64,000 bases of DNA from Candidatus Cloacimonadales bacterium (GTDB taxonomy: Bacteria > Cloacimonadota > Cloacimonadia > Cloacimonadales > DAONDQ01), in the NCBI GenBank assembly GCA_963662275.1, contig OY759316.1, positions 928,001 to 992,000 of the forward strand, given 5' to 3'. The position numbers and the translations under genes are program-made. Within the stretch, counting starts at the first letter, position 1. Each line of letters opens with the position of its first letter. Shown in pieces: positions 29,859-39,520 of the stretch. The notes below the pieces were generated by a model. That model did no database searches, had not been told where the DNA came from, and worked only from the letters and a program-made list of their open reading frames with translations.

Positions 29859-29888
29859 AAACCGCTCTTTGCCAGAGCGGTTTTTTTT
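29859..29888 (+). terminator. Intrinsic terminator
   Basis: ACCGCTCT-TTGCC-AGAGCGGT followed by T-run. Confidence 0.85.
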
Positions 29889-30050
29889 ATTCTTCAAACC
29901 GGCATTGGCATTGTATTTTTGAATAGCAATTATTGTTTGACAGCGTTCTGGCTTGGGAATTTGTTGCATTTTAGAGATTTTACACCAGATTATCTGATAT
30001 AAATCCTATTCAAAATTAAAAAAAATAAGATAAAAGAAATTGGAGGAAAA

Positions 30051-32783
30051 ATGGATACCAAAAAACGTGTATATCTGTTTGGTAACGGAAAAGCTGAAGG
30101 CGGAGCTGAAATGAAGAATCTCCTTGGCGGAAAAGGTGCAAACCTGGCTGAGATGAATCTTATCGGCGTTCCGGTACCACCAGGTTTTACTATTTCAACC
30201 GAAGTCTGTACTGAGTTTAACTCGATTGGACCAGATAAAGTGAAAGAAATTCTTACAGATGACATACGCAAATCAATTGAAAATATCGAAAACATGACTG
30301 GGACGAAATTCGGTTCCAATCAAAACCCCTTACTCGTTTCTGTACGCTCAGGTGCTCGTGCATCGATGCCCGGTATGATGGATACTATTCTTAATCTAGG
30401 TCTAAATGACCTGGCTGTTGAAGGTCTTGTTGCAAAATCAAACAATCCACGTTTCGTTTGGGATTCATACCGCCGTTTCGTACAAATGTACGGTGACGTT
30501 GTTCTTGGTCTGAAACCTGCCTCTAAAGAAGAGATCGATCCCTTTGAAGAAATCATCGACAAGGTGAAAGAAGAAAAGGGTGTCATAAATGACCTTGATT
30601 TAACTACTGAAGATTTGAAAGAACTAGTCGTTCGTTTCAAGAAAGCTGTGAAGCAGCATACAGGCAATGATTTCCCTGACAATCCTTGGGATCAGTTATG
30701 GGGTGCCGTGTTTGCCGTATTCAGCAGTTGGATGAATGACAGAGCCATCTATTATCGTCAATTGAACAACATCCCAGCAGAATGGGGAACCGCTGTCAAT
30801 GTCCAGGCTATGGTGTTTGGCAATATGGGTGAAAACAGTGCAACTGGTGTAGCCTTTACGCGCGATGCCGGAACAGGCGAAGCTTGTTTCAATGGTGAAT
30901 ACCTGATCAATGCGCAGGGTGAAGACGTTGTTGCCGGTATTCGTACGCCACAAGTCATCACAATCGAAGGTTCACGCAGATGGGCTGAGCTTGCCGGCGT
31001 TAATGAAGCTGACAGAAAGGCAAAGTATCCTTCATTGGAAGAAACTATGCCGGTCGTATATGCTGAATTATTCACCATTCAAAAGAAACTTGAAAATCAT
31101 TATAAAGACATGCAGGACATAGAATTCACCATCCAGGACGGAAAGCTCTGGCTGCTCCAGACCCGTAATGGTAAACGCACTGGTGCTGCTATGATGAAAA
31201 TCGCGATGGATTTATATCGTGAAAACGTCATTGATGAAAAGACAGCCATGATGCGTCTTGAACCTCAAAAGCTAGATGAATTGCTTCATCCTGTATTCAT
31301 GCGTGATGCAATGAAGAATGCTGAAGTCATTTCCAAAGGTTTACCTGCTTCACCTGGTGCAGCAACAGGGCAGATCGTGTTCTTTGCTGATGATGCAGAA
31401 GCTTGGGTTGCAGGCAATAAGAAAGTCATTCTTGTTCGTACTGAAACCTCTCCTGAAGACTTACGCGGTATGCATGTTGCTGAAGGTATCCTCACTGCTC
31501 GTGGCGGTATGACTTCTCATGCTGCTGTTGTGGCTCGCGGAATGGGTAAATGCTGCGTTTCCGGTGCTGGTTCAATCGTTATTGATTACAAAGCCCGTAC
31601 TATGACTGCTGCCGGTGTGAAATTTGTGGAAGGTGACTGGATCTCATTAAATGGTTCTACCGGTGAAGTTTATAAGGGTAAAGTGGAAACACAAGATCCT
31701 GAACTCGATGCTGATTTCCAGAAAGTCATGGATATTGCTGATAAATATACTCGCATGTATGTTCGTACAAATGCAGACACACCACATGATGCACGTGTTG
31801 CTATTGAATTCGGTGCCAAGGGTATCGGTCTTTGCCGCACAGAGCACATGTTCTTTGAAGGAACTCGTATCATGCCTATGCGTGAGATGATCCTTGCAGA
31901 AGACGAAGCTGGACGCCGTGCTGCCTTAGCAAAACTGCTTCCTATCCAACGTGGTGATTTTGAAGGTATTTTCGAAGCCATGAATAACCTGCCTGTGACT
32001 ATTCGTCTCTTAGATCCTCCATTGCACGAGTTCTTACCTCATGAAGCTAAGAACCAGCAGGAAATGGCGAATGATATGGGTATCAGTTTAGAAACAGTCA
32101 AAGCGAAAGTGGAAGCTTTAGCTGAATTCAATCCCATGCTCGGTCTTCGTGGCTGCCGTTTGGGCATCACTTTCCCTGAAATCACAGAGATGCAGGCAAG
32201 AGCCATCATTGAAGCTGCTTTGAACATGAAAGCCAAGGGCATCATCGTCCTTCCTGAAATCATGATCCCGCTCGTTGGCACAGTCAACGAATTCAATATG
32301 CAGGAAGATGTCGTCAGAAAGGTGGCAGAACAGGTATTTGCAGAACGGAACGACCGCATTGAATACCTCGTCGGTACAATGATCGAAATTCCCCGTGCAA
32401 CACTTGTTGCTGACAAAATTGCTGAAAGAGCTGAATTCTTCTCTTTTGGAACCAACGACTTAACCCAGATGACTTTCGGATACTCTCGTGATGATGCCGG
32501 TAGATTCTTACCTGTTTATCTCAACCAGGGCGTACTGAAACAGGATCCTTTCCAGGTTCTTGACCGTGAAGGTGTTGGACAGTTGGTAAAGTTAGGAACT
32601 GAACGAGGAAGAATGACCAAGAAAGACCTGAAAGTCGGTATCTGCGGTGAGCATGGTGGCGAACCAAGTTCTGTGGAATTCTGCCATATGGTTGGAATGA
32701 ACTATGTGAGCTGTTCTCCTTACCGTGTACCAATCGCAAGATTAGCAGCAGCACAAGCCGCTGTCACATATCCGCAAAAATAA
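30051..32783 (+). CDS. ppdK: Pyruvate, phosphate dikinase
   Basis: LLGGKGANLAEM, VSVRSGARASMPGMMDT, GGMTSHAAVVARG, GIGLCRTEHMF, SFGTNDLTQ, GICGEHGG. Confidence 0.98.
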   Translation: MDTKKRVYLFGNGKAEGGAEMKNLLGGKGANLAEMNLIGVPVPPGFTISTEVCTEFNSIGPDKVKEILTDDIRKSIENIENMTGTKFGSNQNPLLVSVRSGARASMPGMMDTILNLGLNDLAVEGLVAKSNNPRFVWDSYRRFVQMYGDVVLGLKPASKEEIDPFEEIIDKVKEEKGVINDLDLTTEDLKELVVRFKKAVKQHTGNDFPDNPWDQLWGAVFAVFSSWMNDRAIYYRQLNNIPAEWGTAVNVQAMVFGNMGENSATGVAFTRDAGTGEACFNGEYLINAQGEDVVAGIRTPQVITIEGSRRWAELAGVNEADRKAKYPSLEETMPVVYAELFTIQKKLENHYKDMQDIEFTIQDGKLWLLQTRNGKRTGAAMMKIAMDLYRENVIDEKTAMMRLEPQKLDELLHPVFMRDAMKNAEVISKGLPASPGAATGQIVFFADDAEAWVAGNKKVILVRTETSPEDLRGMHVAEGILTARGGMTSHAAVVARGMGKCCVSGAGSIVIDYKARTMTAAGVKFVEGDWISLNGSTGEVYKGKVETQDPELDADFQKVMDIADKYTRMYVRTNADTPHDARVAIEFGAKGIGLCRTEHMFFEGTRIMPMREMILAEDEAGRRAALAKLLPIQRGDFEGIFEAMNNLPVTIRLLDPPLHEFLPHEAKNQQEMANDMGISLETVKAKVEALAEFNPMLGLRGCRLGITFPEITEMQARAIIEAALNMKAKGIIVLPEIMIPLVGTVNEFNMQEDVVRKVAEQVFAERNDRIEYLVGTMIEIPRATLVADKIAERAEFFSFGTNDLTQMTFGYSRDDAGRFLPVYLNQGVLKQDPFQVLDREGVGQLVKLGTERGRMTKKDLKVGICGEHGGEPSSVEFCHMVGMNYVSCSPYRVPIARLAAAQAAVTYPQK

Positions 32784-33560
32784 GCTAACAGCTTACAGCT
32801 AACAGGTTCAGAGAAAGAGACCGTTTGATGTGAGTCGAGAAGCAAAATATACAAAGGGCGTCGCAAGACGCCCTTTTCAATTGTAGCTCCGGGTTCAGGC
32901 GGTTCTGTCCCCCTCCCATTTGTAAAGGGAGGGGTTAGGGGAGAGCTAGTTCTGCTCTGAAAATTTGGAGTTCATATCGCCTATCTCTGGAGTCCAAAAC
33001 ACATATAAGATTTTAGTGTATATGAGACTACAAGGCGTTGCGGACTTCAGAGCTGGCTGTGTTTGATTGAATTTTGAAGTCCACACATCCTATAGATTGA
33101 AATAAATAAATGTCTCGAAGGATGTTTGAACTCCAAAATCTCAGCTTTCGTATAAACTACTGAAACTGCTTCAATGTTGCCAGAGAAACATGAAGCAGAA
33201 ATGAACCTGCCATTAACGAGAACGCTCTCGATTAAGTCTCGGTCATCATATAGGAACGAAGTACGGGCAGTAGAGACTACCTATAAGGGCGTCTCACTTA
33301 TCACCTTCAGCGGGTATTCCGTAGCAACACCGTAGCAACAACTTCAGTCGTTGGATCAACTGCTTCAGCAGTTATAATGTTTTAACATTTTCTGACATCC
33401 GGAGATTCCCCCATTGAAATGGGCTGATTTGATGTATTTCGACTTCGCTCAATAACCATTAATCAACCAACGAATAAATTCGTTGCAACGTTCAGCGTCG
33501 TATTCGTTCATTGAGCGAAGTCGAAATGCCGGTGAGGGCTTTGGTCATGGAGACGCCTAC
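32784..33560. repeat. Intergenic mosaic of several repeat families
   Basis: CTAACAG/CTTACAG 7-mers; CCCCTCCC..GGGAGGGG palindrome (~32908-32945); 60-bp hairpin units (32989-33048, 33076-33134); GTAG REP (33270); CCGTAGCAACA 11-mers; 18-bp inverted repeat ATTTCGACTTCGCTCAAT (33436-33453 / 33510-33527). Confidence 0.8.
32853..32877 (+). terminator. Intrinsic terminator of ppdK
   Basis: AAAGGGCGTC-GCAA-GACGCCCTTTT. Confidence 0.85.
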
Positions 33561-33562
33561 TT

Positions 33563-34050
33563 GTGGATAGGAGGCATTCTCATGAACGGAGTCCCGATCT
33601 CAACCTGACACCAACACTGAACGATAACAATAAGATGTTTGGTTTCTGCCTGACCATGAGCGATTACAATGGAGATGGCTGCTGCGATGTTGCCATTTCT
33701 GCGCCTTTTGATTACTCAGGTTCTCCTTATCCGGGTAGAGTATTTGTTTATGCTGGAAATACACAACTGGATGACCCAACCCCCAATGCTGATGAAACAA
33801 ATACTCCAGCAATCTCCAAACTGCAGTTGTATCCGAATCCGCTGCAGTCTTGGAATTCTGAACTTAATGTCAGATTCACTGTTGACCCCCCTACCCCCCT
33901 TCCCAAGGGGGGAGCTTCAACTTTCGAAATTTATAATATCCGGAGACAAAAAGTCAAGTCGTTTACTATGAATGCAGAACAGACTAAATTCCGGTTCTGC
34001 GATTTACAATTTAAATGATCTTTCATCATGGGTTTATGTGTATGTGATAC
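33563..34050 (+). pseudogene. 3' remnant of FG-GAP repeat protein with CTD-like tail
   Basis: FGFCL..SDYNGDGCCDVAISAP...GRVFVYAG (FG-GAP), LYPNP, FEIYNI..QKVK; no signal peptide or N-terminus; continues in another frame as SGSAIYNLNDLSSWVYV after ~33988. Confidence 0.7.
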
Positions 34051-34167
34051 CGAACTGCATAGCCGTTTGAAAACAGCGTTCCGAAAAGCAAGGTGAACCA
34101 TGTTGCCACGATTCCTGAAGTAATCACCACTGGTGCAACGGCACAGCAACGCCTCATCTTTCTTCTC

Positions 34168-36522
34168 TCAAAATTCCCTGATTTCTCCTTTTGAATAGAG
34201 ATAGCTTGCACCTTTATAATCTACAGTGACAAAAGGTGTATTGATCTTATCAATTTTCGCCTGCTGAGCGAATTCACGATACTTGTATTCCGCATCGCTC
34301 ATATGCATAGGAAATACATACTTAGGATATAGCTTTTCAATTGCGTAATAGGCACCTTGCTTCAAAGCAGTTAAATCAGAAAAGCCACAGCCTGCAACAG
34401 GGAAAAAAGCAAAATCAAATTTCTCATTTCGCAGAGCAATTTTATCAATAATGCGGGTATATTCATTGGGTACAGTCTGTGATTTATTTACGGTATCCCC
34501 AGGATGGAAGAGATTGATTCCATCAAAAGATACGGTGAATCCGATACCGGCATCATTAGACCGAAATGACCTGATCACAACACCATCAATTGTCAATATA
34601 GAATCAGGGGCTAAATAAGTATATTCAGGTACGGGCTGCAGGATATCGTGATATTGATTATCTTCTTCCGGTTTGAAACCCATGACATACTTGATATTAG
34701 GATTTGATTTTCTCCATTCAAAGATTCCCGGGATAAAGTGATCCGAATGACCATGACTTGCGATTACAACCACATTCTGATCTTTCAACTCCGCTGGGTT
34801 GATAGAGCCATTCAATATACTTAATTGATCAGCTTGAGCTCCCGATTCATAATAATCAACAATTACCAGATGATTCCTGGTTTTAAACGCCCAACCGCTG
34901 TGTCCCAGGTACCATATCTTTACTGTTTTAGCTTCCATTTGGGCATTCAGAACATCCGCTGCGCTCTTAGCCTGATGTTTCTTAGATATCTTCTCTACAA
35001 TCAACTGATTACCATTATGAATGGCATAATCCAGTGGTGTTTTTCCATAGATGTCTTTGATATCTTTCTTTGCCCCGGATTCGATCAGTAATTCTGCAGG
35101 TTTCACAAAACCTTTCTGACAGGCAATGTGAAGGGGTGTCATTCCTTGATTATCTATAGTGTTCGGATTTGCACCAGCTTTCAGCAATTTCTTCATATAT
35201 ATTTGTTTACTGGAATATACTGCTTTGTGAAGAATCGTTTGTCCTTGAATGTTCTGATGATTTACATCTATACTTTTTTGCATTAAAACATCAAAACTGC
35301 TCAGGCTATCTTGCCACACTGTATTGAAGATAGGTGTTTCACCCAGATTATTCTCCATATTCGGATTTCCACCCTTTTCCAGGATATAAGATAAAATGTC
35401 TGCATTGAAGGCTGCCGCCATGTGAACGGCAGAAGTTGAATTTGTCGAGCAACCCCATTCCACAGGGCAACTTCGCATTTTCAGGGAAGCACCTTTATCA
35501 ATGAGGAATTTGGCGAGTTCAATATGATCTGCCGATATAGCTAAAGATAGAGGCGTTTCTTTTGTGTTATTCAAAGCATTGATATCAGCACCTCTTTGGA
35601 GGAATAATTCCGTCAATGGAAGATAGCCTCGCAAGGCAGCATAATGTATAGGCTGGGTCCGGTTTTCTGCTAACTGTGTTTTCACATCAGCACCATTGTC
35701 CAATAGCAGTTTAGCAATTTCCACATTACCTTTTAATGCCACCAGGAGAATCGGCTCGTATCCCCATTGATTATGGACGCCATATGTCTTCGCTCCATGC
35801 TCGATGAGAAAGCGAACCATTTCGACCTTCTCTGCCCAAAGGGCTGAAATCAGGGCTGTTGTATTCCATGTATTATTGGTCATATTGACATCATATCCAC
35901 GTTCAAGCAAACGTTGAACAATCTGTGTATTACCACCGGACGCAGCGATAAAGAGAGTCCCGCATGACGGGTCTTGGGGATCTTCAAGTGTTGCTCCCTT
36001 TGCCAAAAGATATTCAAATACATCGCCATGCCCTCTACTGGCTGCCCGAATGATAGGCGTCCATTCTAATCTATCCTCTGTATTTACATCCATATCTTTT
36101 GACTCGCGGAGGTATTTCACCACATCAAGATGTCCGCCATCCGCAGCCCAGGCGAGTGCAGTACTGCTATATTTATTGCACAATTGATTTGGATCAACAC
36201 TATAACTGAGAAGTATTTTTACAACTTCCAACTTGCCTTTCCAAGCTGCAATATGATAAGGATAGAAACCATCATTGTTCGGAATTTCAGTGTTAGCTTT
36301 CTTTTGAAGAAGTACTTTTAGAATAGCTATATTACCATCCTTTGCAGCTAAGAACAGTGGTGTTTCTCCCAAGTTGTTCTGTTGGTCAAGCAAAGCCGGA
36401 TCAGCCTTTAGCAATGAATCAACCTGCGCAGTTTTTCCCAGAATAACGGCTTCATGGATTGTAATTGCCTGGAAATTTGTAAAACAAAGTAAAGCTAAAG
36501 TGAAAAGTATGATTATCTTCAT
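34168..36522 (-). CDS. Secreted ankyrin-repeat protein fused to C-terminal metallo-beta-lactamase-fold domain
   Basis: Signal peptide; many G.TPLH/TPL.A ankyrin repeats; WYLGHSG, SHGHSDH, FHPGD, PMH; GGAGG RBS before ATG 36522. Confidence 0.85.
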   Translation of the reverse strand: MKIIILFTLALLCFTNFQAITIHEAVILGKTAQVDSLLKADPALLDQQNNLGETPLFLAAKDGNIAILKVLLQKKANTEIPNNDGFYPYHIAAWKGKLEVVKILLSYSVDPNQLCNKYSSTALAWAADGGHLDVVKYLRESKDMDVNTEDRLEWTPIIRAASRGHGDVFEYLLAKGATLEDPQDPSCGTLFIAASGGNTQIVQRLLERGYDVNMTNNTWNTTALISALWAEKVEMVRFLIEHGAKTYGVHNQWGYEPILLVALKGNVEIAKLLLDNGADVKTQLAENRTQPIHYAALRGYLPLTELFLQRGADINALNNTKETPLSLAISADHIELAKFLIDKGASLKMRSCPVEWGCSTNSTSAVHMAAAFNADILSYILEKGGNPNMENNLGETPIFNTVWQDSLSSFDVLMQKSIDVNHQNIQGQTILHKAVYSSKQIYMKKLLKAGANPNTIDNQGMTPLHIACQKGFVKPAELLIESGAKKDIKDIYGKTPLDYAIHNGNQLIVEKISKKHQAKSAADVLNAQMEAKTVKIWYLGHSGWAFKTRNHLVIVDYYESGAQADQLSILNGSINPAELKDQNVVVIASHGHSDHFIPGIFEWRKSNPNIKYVMGFKPEEDNQYHDILQPVPEYTYLAPDSILTIDGVVIRSFRSNDAGIGFTVSFDGINLFHPGDTVNKSQTVPNEYTRIIDKIALRNEKFDFAFFPVAGCGFSDLTALKQGAYYAIEKLYPKYVFPMHMSDAEYKYREFAQQAKIDKINTPFVTVDYKGASYLYSKGEIREF

Positions 36523-36716
36523 GAATCCTCCCAATGGACTATCGACAATGCATATGCTTATATCTAATGCACAGTGATGAATCTTGTCAAGTTATTCATC
36601 ATACTTTGCAATGGGTTCTACGAAATTACTACATTACTACATTGAGATTATAGTATTACATTTAAAAATTGTGTCTCCTTATTGTCTAGGGAACCACAAT
36701 AGAACCCCTTAATTTA

Positions 36717-36836
36717 TACCTGTTTCAATCCTGTTTGATACCAGTTTCATTCCTGTTTCATTCCTGTTTCATTCCTGTTTCAGCAAACTGGTTTGAAAGT
36801 AGTATAGGACTGGTATGAGATTGGATTTGGATTGGT
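36717..36836. repeat. Second 11-bp ATTCCTGTTTC tandem array with degenerate complementary arm
   Basis: Same unit and layout as 15803-15900. Confidence 0.8.
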
Positions 36837-36948
36837 AGTATCTTTGGGGAACGATATGTGATTTGTACAAATCGAGAGGCAGGACTTTCATCCTGCCTTT
36901 CATTATTCCGTTTTACCAGTGAATTGATTTTTTTAAAACATGATTTAC

Positions 36949-38316
36949 TTATTTTATGATCACCATTTTTTTAGTGCTGTTGATACTTGGTGAACTGAGC
37001 TTGTAGAAGTATATTCCACTGCCACAAACATCACCATTTTCATCACGACCATTCCACGTAATCTTATATGAACCGGCTTGAAGGACATACTTCATTACTT
37101 TCTGACCAAGAACATTATAGATTGTCAGAGTTGCTGTTTCGCTAGCCTTAACATCCATTTCAATGTTGGTGGATGTGCCCGTCCTGAAAGGATTCGGATA
37201 TACGTTTCTTAATATTGTTGTCGTGGGAATTACTGGTGCCTGGTTGCTGGTATTGACGTTGATATAATTGCTATAGCTGCTTGTACCCTCGAAATTAACC
37301 ATCTCCAGCCAATAATAATATGTGGTTCCATGATCTATTTCATTATCAAAAAAATTGTAACTGTGTGTTGAACTCGTATTTGTTCCACTGATAAATCCAA
37401 TGTTCAATTTACTTGCTGTGGCAATAATACCGGTATCAGAACGTAATACATTGAAACCAAGGTTACTGGTTTCTGATTGTGTAATCCACTGCAGACTGAC
37501 AAACATATCTGATGTAACTGTGGCAGTGAATGATGACAATTCAACTGGAAGTTCTTGATTCACACCACCTGAAAGTTTGGCGACGAATATCTCCGCAGAC
37601 CCACTGCTCGTGATCTGGTGGGTATCAAAGTAGGCTGGCAGATTATGGGAACCACCGCTATAGTAAGTTCCTGTTAAATAGATGTCTCCAGCACCGTCAA
37701 AGCTTATGTGTCCGGGTACGTCATTATCTGCACTACCCGCCTGCTTTACCCACAGGAAGTTGCCATTGCTATCGAGTTTAGTGAGCGCAGTATCAAATTC
37801 ACCTGTGGATGTGAGTTGATGCGAGCCAAACATCACCGTACCCGAGAAAAGACCTGACATGAGGGCATTGTTATTTGAATCGATGTTTAAACCATAACTT
37901 TCATCATCTCCGGTAGAGCCTGCTCTTTTTGCCCAAAGGAAGTTGCCATCAGGGTCTAGTTTGGCTAGAAACATGTCACTTTCACCATTGCTGGTGTATG
38001 CAAAACTGCCAAGCTGTACATCAGTGTCGAAACATCCCGAAACAAAGCAGTTGCCATGACTGTCGAAACAAACACGCATCCCCGTAGCAAGAAATGAAGA
38101 ACCGATTTTTTAGCCCAGAGTCAATTACCGTTACTATCCGTCTTAGCAATAAATCCATTATCGTACCCATTATTTGTCAGCAAAGTGCTACCGATATGAC
38201 AGGTAGAACCACTATATTTACCAGTGGTTAGACTATTTCCTTCGGCATCGACGGCAACTTCATAAGCAAATTCAACTTCAGTAGGATCCCCCCCCTGTGA
38301 AGCCCAAAGGAAATTT
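36949..38316 (-). pseudogene. Decayed beta-propeller (SBBP-like) repeat protein with FlgD-Ig/CTD tail
   Basis: Open part 36949-38079 has AKLD.DGNFLWAK repeats, LPVELSSF, YPNPF, SGIYFY, KKMVIIK; upstream repeat NFLWASQGG...AKTDSNGN*LWAKK has TGA at 38121-38123 and a frameshift in the T6 run at 38106-38111; no signal peptide. Confidence 0.8.
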
Positions 38317-38367
38317 TAGGTAATGGGTACAAACTCATGTATCAAATGAATTGACAAATATATGAGC

Positions 38368-39225
38368 TTATTCTTTTACTTTTATTGGAATGTATATATC
38401 CATTTCACTGCCAGGCTGACCGAATTGGAATCGATCATCATACCATTCAATTTGGTCAGCTTCGGCAAGTTCATAACCTTCAAGTCCGCCACTGAATATC
38501 TTCTCATATGTCTCATGCAGATTATCAAGTGGTCCTTTATGCGTAAACACCGCATATGTAGCAGCAGGAATCTCATGAACTTTCATACCTTTGGGGACAT
38601 CTTCAACCTTTGTCACAGGAAGAGTTGCAATGTACTCAAATTTGTCATCTTCCGTGAAGTTCTCCATCTCCACATACGGACAGATACCTAAGCATAGTCC
38701 TTCTCTTTGAGGATTCTTGATTTCATTGCAAACTTCATTAAATTGACCCCACAATTGTGGGATAGTGTTTTCTTTCATAGTAGTATCACAGGATAATCCG
38801 ATGACTGTCAAGGCATCGAGTTTTGCAATCTTAATCTCCATAGTCACTCCTTTTTTGCTTGTATGATTCATGAGTTTGTATGCCCTTGTATAGATAAAAC
38901 TATTTTTATGCTTCCGAACACTTCCAGGTGTAGCATCGAACTTTTTTTTAAATGCACGTGTAAAAGCTTCCTGCGATTCGAACTGGTACCTTTCGGCAAT
39001 CTCTTTGATTGGATCAAATGTGAATACTAAATCACTTCCAGCTTCTGATAAACGCCTGGTTCGAATATATTCCTTCATTGTCCAGCCGGTGATGTTAGTA
39101 AATATGCGATGAAAATGGAAAAGAGAGAAACTTGCATGATCAGCGATCTCTTCGAGTTGCAGCGGTTTCCTCAAATGAGATTCAATATAGTCCAAAGCAA
39201 GCTGTATAAATCTTGTATAATTCAT
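38368..39225 (-). CDS. AraC-family transcriptional regulator with GyrI-like effector-binding domain (Rob-like)
   Basis: ALDYIESHL, SLFHFHRIF, YIRTRRL, FESQEAFTRAFKK; IPQLW, YAVFTHKG, DIYIPIK. Confidence 0.92.
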   Translation of the reverse strand: MNYTRFIQLALDYIESHLRKPLQLEEIADHASFSLFHFHRIFTNITGWTMKEYIRTRRLSEAGSDLVFTFDPIKEIAERYQFESQEAFTRAFKKKFDATPGSVRKHKNSFIYTRAYKLMNHTSKKGVTMEIKIAKLDALTVIGLSCDTTMKENTIPQLWGQFNEVCNEIKNPQREGLCLGICPYVEMENFTEDDKFEYIATLPVTKVEDVPKGMKVHEIPAATYAVFTHKGPLDNLHETYEKIFSGGLEGYELAEADQIEWYDDRFQFGQPGSEMDIYIPIKVKE

Positions 39226-39520
39226 TTCACCTCTTTTGATATTCCTTGCTGATACAAGAATGGTTTAGAGTTGTCAATTATAAGTTCAAGAATTTGTATT
39301 TTAATATTTAGATTTCTTCTGGAAATGATATTCAGGGCAATTATGTGCTTCGAGTATCCAAATTATCTGCATTTAGTAAGTATATTATAGTTGTATCTTA
39401 TTATAAAGTGTGAATTAATGCTTGACTAATTACACGCTTGTGTAAATACATATCCAATGATCGTTATTTGTTTGTTTCTTGGATGAAGTAACTGAAAACA
39501 AAGTGGAAGGAGAAACGGAT

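Noticed and set aside
29990..32754. Numerous antisense and alternate-frame ORFs over ppdK and other long genes
   Set aside because: Shadow ORFs of strongly conserved genes, with no independent motifs
38121..38123. TGA as Trp/Sec recoding (alternative genetic code)
   Set aside because: Many intact genes here end in TGA and a frameshift lies ~10 nt away, so pseudogenisation is the simpler explanation
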